From a virus (taxonomy: Duplodnaviria; Caudoviricetes): a stretch of 32,101 nt of DNA. Numbering within the stretch: the first letter of the stretch is position 1; every line of letters begins with the position of its first letter. The translations under genes and the position numbers were made by a program. Below the pieces are notes generated by a model. That model ran no database searches and was not told the DNA's origin. It saw only the letters and a list, made by a program, of their open reading frames with translations. The stretch covers positions 1 to 32,101 of IMG/VR virus record IMGVR_UViG_3300033067_001487. The stretch is one strand, 5' to 3'. Shown one piece after another: positions 26,679 through 32,101 of the stretch.

Positions 26679-26707
26679 ATAGTACGGGCCAAACCCCTAC
26701 ATGTCAA
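26679..26707 (-). promoter_or_regulatory. Sigma70-type promoter for the integrase (TTGACA-17-TACTAT)
   Basis: -35 at 26702-26707, -10 at 26679-26684. Confidence 0.8.
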
Positions 26708-26725
26708 CACCTTCACAAATGCCCC

Positions 26726-26754
26726 TTGACATCACATAAAAATCAATGTACTAT
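26726..26754 (+). promoter_or_regulatory. Sigma70-type rightward promoter (TTGACA-17-TACTAT)
   Basis: -35 at 26726-26731, -10 at 26749-26754; back-to-back with the int promoter. Confidence 0.85.
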
Positions 26755-26809
26755 TCTCACAGTACCTTACAAGACCCACTCAGAAAACTGCATCTCGCAG
26801 CAAAACTCC

Positions 26810-26832
26810 GGTTCGACTCCCGTTGGGATCAC
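26810..26832 (+). mobile_element. Putative attP core: 3' end of a tRNA (likely tRNA-Glu)
   Basis: GG-TTCGACT-CCCGT-TGGGATC-A gives T-loop, 3' T-stem, 3' acceptor strand and discriminator. The 5' part of the tRNA is absent (upstream T-stem does not pair). About 190 nt from int and followed by a terminator. Confidence 0.75.
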
Positions 26833-26844
26833 AAAACCGGCTTT

Positions 26845-26869
26845 GCTCGCAGAAATGCGAGCTTTTTTT
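26845..26869 (+). terminator. Rho-independent terminator after the tRNA fragment
   Basis: GCTCGCA-GAAA-TGCGAGC-TTTTTTT. Confidence 0.9.
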
Positions 26870-26897
26870 GTGGTTCGTCTTGATAGGACGATCCAAT

Positions 26898-27137
26898 ATG
26901 GCCGATTATACCACCAGCATTGACACAAAACAACATATCGTCGCACTTGAGCGCGCAATTGGCGCAAAGCGAGGCGAAATAGTAGGGAAACTTCTTCTTG
27001 CTCTATCCAAAAAGCATCCACTCGCTAATGTCCGTGACATGGCAGAGATCTTAGGTGTCTCTTATCAGACCATCTACAACTGGATTCAAGACTACAACAA
27101 TTACCTTACCGAAGAAAAGGGGGTGTCACATAACTAA
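26898..27137 (+). CDS. Small HTH DNA-binding protein (Cro-like or excisionase-like)
   Basis: ATG at 26898 with AGGA upstream; VRDMAEILGVSYQTIYNWI HTH. Confidence 0.75.
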   Translation: MADYTTSIDTKQHIVALERAIGAKRGEIVGKLLLALSKKHPLANVRDMAEILGVSYQTIYNWIQDYNNYLTEEKGVSHN

Positions 27138-27364
27138 TGGTGACTACCGCACCCACTAACACTCTCTACAGAGAGACAACCAAGCAAAAGATTGCGCGAC
27201 TCTTTCAAAGCATTAAATGTGCATTGATCGGATCAATCGCAACCTTAGCAGCTATCGGACTAATCTGGTGTATTAAAAACACGAAAGCAATTGCAATTGT
27301 GATCGCACACCCAGACGTAGTTGCAGAATTGAAGATCGAAAGTCAGATGGAAGTTAAAAAATAA
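27137..27364 (+). CDS. Small membrane protein
   Basis: 75 aa with one TM segment; TAATG coupling. Confidence 0.65.
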   Translation: MVTTAPTNTLYRETTKQKIARLFQSIKCALIGSIATLAAIGLIWCIKNTKAIAIVIAHPDVVAELKIESQMEVKK

Positions 27365-27408
27365 CCTACGCGTCAAACGTAGGTCAGTTACAAAATTTAT
27401 CTAAAAGT

Positions 27409-27636
27409 ATGTTAGCACAACAGAACGAAGTACGCAACAGCTCAAACGATCTGTATCTCAAAAAGATAGTCATCGATGCTGAAGCACGCCAATTGAGTGA
27501 TCGACTCTTTACGTACGCATGGAGTGGGAGTGAGTGTCTGAGTGAGGAAGATCGAGTCATGTATCGAAAGATAAGCGAGCGTCTACAGATCGTCAAGCTC
27601 ATGCAGAAGCAGATTAACAGTTATCTATCAAAATGA
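27409..27636 (+). CDS. Hypothetical protein
   Basis: 75 aa, ATGA-coupled to the next gene. Confidence 0.6.
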   Translation: MLAQQNEVRNSSNDLYLKKIVIDAEARQLSDRLFTYAWSGSECLSEEDRVMYRKISERLQIVKLMQKQINSYLSK

Positions 27637-28175
27637 ACACCATTAACATTCACGGACGCGAATACGTCCCAGTGTCAGAACGAGTCAAGATGGCACATGC
27701 ATCAGAGGAAAAGCTTTCTATTACTACAGAGCTAGTGCAGTCAGAGCCTGTAGCGATCGTTAAGGCTACGGTGGTGACGAGCAAGGGTACATTCACTGGT
27801 TACAGTGCGTCCAACCCAGCCAAGCCACTAGAGAAGGTGTCTCCAATCGAAATAGCGGAGACCAGTGCAATAGGACGCTGCCTTGGATTCGCAGGCTTTG
27901 CTATAGACGATGGTATCGCGAGTGCGGACGAGGTGGAATATGCAACAAACAAGCCCGAAAGCGTACCTGCTTTTGTTAACAAGGCCGTGATTACCCAGAA
28001 TGAGCCTTTAATAAGCGATAAGCAACTAACATATCTTGCGATGCTTATGTCAGAAAAAGGAGTGCCAGAGGAAAACGTATACGAGGAGTTTGACGTAATG
28101 AGTCGAAAGGATTTGACCAAAAAACAAGCGTCTGTGCTCATTGACAGACTCATGAAAATGGAGGTAAGGAAATGA
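27633..28175 (+). CDS. Putative ssDNA-annealing/recombination protein (Rad52/Erf-like superfamily)
   Basis: YVPVSERV, VKATV, TGYS, EIAETSAIGR.L...G and IASADEV; C-terminal SDKQ...LTKKQAS.LID helical motif; early-region position. Confidence 0.55.
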   Translation: MNTINIHGREYVPVSERVKMAHASEEKLSITTELVQSEPVAIVKATVVTSKGTFTGYSASNPAKPLEKVSPIEIAETSAIGRCLGFAGFAIDDGIASADEVEYATNKPESVPAFVNKAVITQNEPLISDKQLTYLAMLMSEKGVPEENVYEEFDVMSRKDLTKKQASVLIDRLMKMEVRK

Positions 28176-28402
28176 ACACACTCAAAGGCTGTGATTGTGA
28201 TGGAGTGACAGCTACTTGTATGCACTGTGACCCGACAGGTGAGAAGTGGGCTCAGATCCAGGGATGGATGAGACCATACCAGGTCGCTCATGTGAGCCAT
28301 CTAGCTAATAACTATGGGTCTACAACAGTCGCGATGAAAAGAGAGTTGATTATGCCGGAGTTGGATGAAGATTCGTATTTAGATTTGCAGAGAGGATTTT
28401 AA
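28172..28402 (+). CDS. Hypothetical Cys-rich protein
   Basis: 76 aa; CDC...CMHC; ATGA overlap and GGAGG upstream. Confidence 0.6.
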   Translation: MNTLKGCDCDGVTATCMHCDPTGEKWAQIQGWMRPYQVAHVSHLANNYGSTTVAMKRELIMPELDEDSYLDLQRGF

Positions 28403-28410
28403 CAAATCGG

Positions 28411-28586
28411 GCCTAGCTTCTGTCCCACCGCTTAGGCGGTGACGTCACGGGGACGACGAGCCTACCCTCACAAGGGGTGGGAGAGGAGCTAGGCGCTAGA
28501 TGACCAGGGTGCGGTTATTGCAGGAATTGCACACGACTCACCCTGACCATGTAGGAAATTAATAGTTTGTTGACTACCGCAACAAA
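28411..28586 (+). ncRNA. Putative structured RNA/leader upstream of the replication initiator
   Basis: GC-rich intergenic region: 11-bp closing stem 28411-28421/28484-28494 enclosing two hairpins, then hairpins 28505-28545 and 28566-28586. G-U pairs favour the + strand. Confidence 0.55.
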
Positions 28587-29329
28587 TGATCGAAAATTTC
28601 GTGGCTCCACAAATCGAGGATGGATACGTCAAGGTCGCAAATGACTTGATTGAGGCGCTCGCACGCTTTAATCTGACAGGCATTGAGTGGCGCATTATCG
28701 CAGCCATCATGCGCAAAACGTATGGATTCAACAAGCTCCAAGATTCAATCTCGTATTCGCAAATTGCCGAAATCACCAAAATTGAGAGGCGAAATGTAAT
28801 CCGAGCAATCAAAAAACTTGTTGAGAAAAAGGTCATAACTAGTGTCAAGGCTGACACTAGTTACATCAACGGTTGGAAAATCAACAAATACTACATGGAT
28901 TGGATTGATGGGATCATCTATCCTCATCGAACTAGTGTCAAGGCTGACACTACCCCCTCAACTAGTGTCAAGGCTGACACTACCCTAGTGTCAAGGCTGA
29001 CACCAGAACTAGTGTCAGCGCTGACACCCACAATAGACAAAAGACAACTTACAAAAGACACTCCCCCTGTAAGGTCCCCCCTCATGAGATTTTCAACAAT
29101 CGAAAGTATTGACGAAAATGCAATCTCTGAGATTTCTGAGAAATACCACGTTTCAACTGACTTCGTACGGGATTGCCTCGACAACCTCGTGAATTACTGC
29201 GGTGCTCATGGCAAAAAATACAAGGATTACCGACTCGCCCTGATCAACTTCGTCAAGTCAGATAGCCGCAAATCGTTATCAGTTGCCCCAAATACCTATG
29301 GCAAACTTACCATCATCTCTGCCGCCTGA
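28586..29329 (+). CDS. Phage replication initiator, lambda O-like
   Basis: EDGYVKVANDLIEAL...RKTYGFNK..D.IS.SQ N-terminal wHTH, internal iterons and a C-terminal KYKDY...L.NF domain. Confidence 0.9.
   Translation: MIENFVAPQIEDGYVKVANDLIEALARFNLTGIEWRIIAAIMRKTYGFNKLQDSISYSQIAEITKIERRNVIRAIKKLVEKKVITSVKADTSYINGWKINKYYMDWIDGIIYPHRTSVKADTTPSTSVKADTTLVSRLTPELVSALTPTIDKRQLTKDTPPVRSPLMRFSTIESIDENAISEISEKYHVSTDFVRDCLDNLVNYCGAHGKKYKDYRLALINFVKSDSRKSLSVAPNTYGKLTIISAA
28836..29070. repeat. Replication origin: five palindromic 19-bp iterons plus an A-rich tract
   Basis: CTAGTGTCAAGGCTGACAC at 28839, 28932, 28962 and 28985; variant CTAGTGTCAGCGCTGACAC at 29009; followed by AGACAAAAGACAACTTACAAAAGACA. 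Confidence 0.9.
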
Positions 29330-29633
29330 GTGGCAGGAAAAATATCTCCTGAAGCGTATCGGAGAGCCCGACATTGTGCTTACTTTGGAGCAACGAGACG
29401 CCATTATCAAAGCATTGCTTGGCAATTCACGCTTTATCCAGGTCGACAAGTACACGATCATGGTCAACTCCATAAAGTCGATTGACCCGATGTTAGGCGC
29501 TAAAAACATACCAGAGAGACCAGCAGAGCAATTCAGAATCACGGAGGGATCAGGCCCGAACACGATTACTAAAACCATTACCAACCAGGCCGAGTTAGAC
29601 CTCTGGGACAAGCATTTCGCTGAACAAAAATGA
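29298..29633 (+). CDS. Hypothetical protein downstream of the initiator
   Basis: ATG at 29298 overlaps the initiator end; ATGA-coupled to the next gene. Confidence 0.6.
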   Translation: MANLPSSLPPEWQEKYLLKRIGEPDIVLTLEQRDAIIKALLGNSRFIQVDKYTIMVNSIKSIDPMLGAKNIPERPAEQFRITEGSGPNTITKTITNQAELDLWDKHFAEQK

Positions 29634-30475
29634 TCCACCAAAACTCAATCACCAGCTTCGAGCAGTTGAGCTTCAAGGCAGGACTCAGCCAGTCCGAGAA
29701 GGTCTACCACGCCCTTGAGCTGCTTGGACCTCAGACTGACCGTGAACTGGGTGCATCTACTGGTATCCCATACCACCTGATACCGCGCTGTAGAGGCCCG
29801 CTCATGTCATTCGATTCGATCAAGCAAGCAGGCTCCAAAACCGATCCAATCACGAATCGGACCGTGAGCGTATGGGCTACGTCCAAGAGCATCGACCAAG
29901 CAGCCTCACATCGAGCATCAGAAGCAGTCCGTCAGGTGATGGCTAGGGCGCCGTCGCAAAGTGTTCAGTCAGGGGGTCTATTTGGACTTCTTGTTGCGGT
30001 GGCGCTCTGTCTATTACCTTTTCAGGCGGAAGCTAAGACGATAGTGGTTAAACAGACCGTCAGGACGGTCTATGCAAAAGAGGTGAAAACAGTGAAAAGT
30101 GCCAAACATGCAAAAACGGCAGAAAAACAGGTCGTAAATAAATCAGAGATAGTCAAGAGTACCCCCATAAACAAAACATACCAAAAACATCAGGGCAAGG
30201 CATTTTATGAGCAAATTTCTACAAAAATTTATGCCATGTCAAACCAACCAGAGGCATTCTTAGAAATCGTTGCAAAAGAATCAGGATTTAACCCTTACTC
30301 AGTCAATTCATCGAGCGGTGCATGCGGTCTAGCCCAAGCATTGCCCTGCGAAAAGATGGGATGTGACCTGGGGGATGTTGATTGTCAGCTCAACTGGATG
30401 AATAGTTACATAAACAGACGCTATGGGTCACCAGAGCAAGCTCTTAATTTTCATTTATTTAACGGATGGTACTAA
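29630..30475 (+). CDS. Winged-HTH + TM + lytic transglycosylase (SLT/GWY-type) fusion protein
   Basis: N-terminal KVYHAL...GPQTDRELG..TG...R..L...DPITNR.V.VW wHTH; hydrophobic GLFGLLVAVALCLLPFQAEA; C-terminal KESGFNP...SSGACGLAQALP...QL.W...YI..RYG...GWY. Confidence 0.8.
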   Translation: MIHQNSITSFEQLSFKAGLSQSEKVYHALELLGPQTDRELGASTGIPYHLIPRCRGPLMSFDSIKQAGSKTDPITNRTVSVWATSKSIDQAASHRASEAVRQVMARAPSQSVQSGGLFGLLVAVALCLLPFQAEAKTIVVKQTVRTVYAKEVKTVKSAKHAKTAEKQVVNKSEIVKSTPINKTYQKHQGKAFYEQISTKIYAMSNQPEAFLEIVAKESGFNPYSVNSSSGACGLAQALPCEKMGCDLGDVDCQLNWMNSYINRRYGSPEQALNFHLFNGWY

Positions 30476-30480
30476 TACTT

Positions 30481-30651
30481 ATGTCCAAGCCCAAAACAGA
30501 TCACTCAACAGAGTTCAAAATATGTAAAGGGTGTCAAGTCATTATCCCACGCACTTACCAACACCAGCATAAATGGGATAAGCAACGGTTCTGCAAAAAA
30601 TGCAGATTGATCAATTACAAGAAATGGATTGGATCTCAACAATATTTATGA
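30481..30651 (+). CDS. Small zinc-finger protein
   Basis: CKGC...FCKKC; ATGA-coupled downstream. Confidence 0.6.
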   Translation: MSKPKTDHSTEFKICKGCQVIIPRTYQHQHKWDKQRFCKKCRLINYKKWIGSQQYL

Positions 30652-30998
30652 ACACCATACTCACTGAGGAACAAGATCAAAGACTACTTGTGGAGTGGAT
30701 GGATCTGATGATCGGATGTGGGAAGGACATCAAGTACACCCACATACCAAATAGTACGTATACGAAGTCGTGGAATCAGAAACGCAAAAACAAATATATG
30801 GGAGTACGAGCAGGGTTTCCAGATCTGGTACTGATCGTGAATGGACGGGTCCTATTTATCGAAATGAAGCGGATGAAAGGGAGTGTCATTAGTCCTGAAC
30901 AGGATAGTTGGCTCAAGGCCCTGGCTGAGGCAGGACAAGCAGTATTTCTGTGTTATGGATACGATCACGCAAAACAAGTTGTTGAGACATTTTTATGA
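30648..30998 (+). CDS. VRR-NUC (PD-(D/E)xK) nuclease, Holliday-junction resolvase-like
   Basis: E...Q, HIPN, GVRAGFPDL, FIEMK and SPEQ..W; ATG at 30648. Confidence 0.88.
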   Translation: MNTILTEEQDQRLLVEWMDLMIGCGKDIKYTHIPNSTYTKSWNQKRKNKYMGVRAGFPDLVLIVNGRVLFIEMKRMKGSVISPEQDSWLKALAEAGQAVFLCYGYDHAKQVVETFL

Positions 30999-31201
30999 AT
31001 AAGTTTAGAAAGATCACACCGGAAGTTGAGAAGGAGCGGATGGCTGATCGGAGAACATGTGGGTATTGTGGCAAAAAGTATGGCCCGAAATGCGTACGGG
31101 ACTATTGGCGATTTAGACGATCCATTTGCTGCTCGGTTAAATGCGCTCGTGATTTATGGGGTAAGCCATTATTAAAAGTTAAAACCTATGAAAACATATA
31201 A
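30995..31201 (+). CDS. Small zinc-finger protein
   Basis: CGYC...CCSVKC. Confidence 0.65.
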   Translation: MNKFRKITPEVEKERMADRRTCGYCGKKYGPKCVRDYWRFRRSICCSVKCARDLWGKPLLKVKTYENI

Positions 31202-31370
31202 AGTAACCGATCATTTTGTTACCCACTTTGTCTATCTCATTCTGATCTGTGTCGTGATGACGGTCTATTCGCTTCTGATTACTTGTTTATATTTTGTACG
31301 GGAATATGAGCTGGCTAGAGCAAAACAAATCCAGCAATTCGCAACCATTATCAATGATTCGACAAAATGA
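31188..31370 (+). CDS. Small membrane protein
   Basis: 60 aa with one long hydrophobic segment. Confidence 0.6.
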   Translation: MKTYKVTDHFVTHFVYLILICVVMTVYSLLITCLYFVREYELARAKQIQQFATIINDSTK

Positions 31371-31729
31371 AACAACACATAACGCTAGAGCAACTGAACG
31401 AGTTAGACGATGTTGCAATGAGAAAACTTGCTGAATATAAAGGCTTAGAAGAGTTTGACAAAACAACCATGGAAGTGTGGAGGAAAAGTGACAATAAGTG
31501 GGAAACTGTTCACTTATTGCTAAATATTGGTCAAATGATTGAGTTTTTAGATGAAAAGGAAGAAGGAGTTAATATAGACTCCTTTTCTGAACTAGACGGA
31601 GATAAATATGGCCCATCGATCTTTACAAATAACAACGAAATATCCGTACAAGGGAGTGGATGCGACATAGAGTCTTCTGAATTATGTGATGTTTTGTGGG
31701 AAGCTGTTAAAAGTATTTTAGAAAAATGA
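31367..31729 (+). CDS. Hypothetical acidic phage protein
   Basis: 120 aa; MKQHIT.EQL, LLNIGQMIEFL and ELCD.LWEAVK; ATGA overlaps at both ends. Confidence 0.7.
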   Translation: MKQHITLEQLNELDDVAMRKLAEYKGLEEFDKTTMEVWRKSDNKWETVHLLLNIGQMIEFLDEKEEGVNIDSFSELDGDKYGPSIFTNNNEISVQGSGCDIESSELCDVLWEAVKSILEK

Positions 31730-31926
31730 AAAGCGTCATCTATATCCCGACCCATATCTTAGAAATACTAACACAAGAAGAATTACAGCGACTTGTCGAC
31801 AATTTATTCGCGAAAGGAGGGGAACAAACTATGAAAGCCAAATCAAAAGGACTCACCAAAAATCAAAAGCTCAAGAAGCTCAAAACTTCCAAGGCCAAGA
31901 AATTAGTGAAGTCAACAAAAAAATAA
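31726..31926 (+). CDS. Hypothetical protein with Lys-rich C-half and probable internal start at 31831
   Basis: 66 aa; AAAGGAGG lies 10 nt before the in-frame ATG 31831. Confidence 0.55.
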   Translation: MKSVIYIPTHILEILTQEELQRLVDNLFAKGGEQTMKAKSKGLTKNQKLKKLKTSKAKKLVKSTKK

Positions 31927-31934
31927 CAGCTCGC

Positions 31935-31973
31935 CTCTGCATCGGCTAGGTGCAGAGAAAGTTAGTATTTTTT
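31935..31973 (+). terminator. Stem-loop, possible weak terminator or processing site
   Basis: CTCTGCATC-GGCTA-GGTGCAGAG, with the T-run displaced about 10 nt downstream. Confidence 0.4.
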
Positions 31974-31981
31974 ATAAATGT

Positions 31982-32101
31982 ATGGCAGACGAAAAAGGTA
32001 ACTCTGGGGACCGTAACTCTGGGGACTATAACTCTGGCGACTGTAACTCTGGGAACTATAACTCTGGCGACTATAACTCTGGGTACCGTAACTCTGGGCA
32101 C
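31982..32101 (+). CDS. NSGxx pentapeptide-repeat protein, N-terminal part (runs off window)
   Basis: MADEKGNSGDRNSGDYNSGDCNSGNYNSGDYNSGYRNSGH. Confidence 0.75.
   Translation, partial: MADEKGNSGDRNSGDYNSGDCNSGNYNSGDYNSGYRNSGH
32000..32101 (+). repeat. 15-bp coding tandem repeat, at least 7 units
   Basis: AACTCTGG(G/C)NACYRT units at 32000, 32015, 32030, 32045, 32060, 32075 and 32090 (partial). Confidence 0.95.

Noticed and set aside
26760-26835. Complete tRNA gene
   Set aside because: No D-arm, no matching 5' acceptor strand and the 5' T-stem does not pair; only the 3' end is present.
26618-27021. ORFs and extensions across the int/attP control region (26627-26923, 26767-27021, starts at 26716 and 26823)
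   Set aside because: They run through promoters, the att core and the terminator and have no protein-like motifs.
28403-28585. Hammerhead or other known ribozyme, or a tRNA
   Set aside because: No CTGANGA/GAAA core or T-loop motif seen by eye; left as an unassigned structured RNA.
28836-28863. Iteron AACTAG being the same site as the late-promoter AACCTAG dyad
   Set aside because: Only CTAG is shared; the iteron symmetry centres on GTGTCA-N4-TGACAC with different spacing.
28836-29030. CRISPR array
   Set aside because: Repeats are 19 bp with 4-11 bp gaps inside a rep gene and there are no cas genes; they fit iterons.
29630-31370. Lysis cassette (endolysin plus holin)
   Set aside because: The transglycosylase is in the early region fused to a wHTH and the small TM gene is not adjacent; lysis genes probably lie outside the window.
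32000-32101. Diversity-generating retroelement TR/VR
   Set aside because: No reverse transcriptase or TR/VR pair in the window; AAC codons are invariant and changes are not adenine-specific.

Overview
A 32 kb piece of a temperate, podovirus-like tailed phage genome in standard genetic code 11, apparently in the non-integrated (attP) state. Host is unknown; leaderless starts, a tRNA end without CCA and the CAP and GWY-type transglycosylase proteins suggest a Patescibacteria/CPR-like host, but this is inference. The minus-strand arm (26.6 kb to 1) carries a tyrosine integrase, small zinc-finger ORFs, a putative TerS, a TerL split into ATPase and nuclease genes, two probable ejection proteins, portal, scaffold, major capsid, a five-gene sugar/glycosyltransferase cassette, tail adaptor and nozzle, an M23 peptidase and a partial tail fibre. 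The plus-strand arm (26.9 kb to the end) is an early/replication region with an HTH protein, a putative annealing protein, a lambda-O-like initiator with internal iterons, a wHTH-TM-transglycosylase fusion, VRR-NUC and a partial NSGxx repeat protein. Main observations: (1) nine near-identical late promoters (TTG[AC]NA-N17/18-TAGGTT-like), eight of them 6-7 nt from the start codon, seven carrying an AACCTAG-N11-CTAGGTT dyad; (2) a tRNA-3'-end attP between a consensus promoter and the early operon, inside a mutually exclusive antiterminator/terminator, suggesting a recombination-operated switch with no CI repressor in view; (3) two enzymes cleanly split at domain boundaries; (4) a His-type (ColD-like) dideoxysugar cassette next to the capsid gene; (5) a structured intergenic RNA upstream of the initiator.
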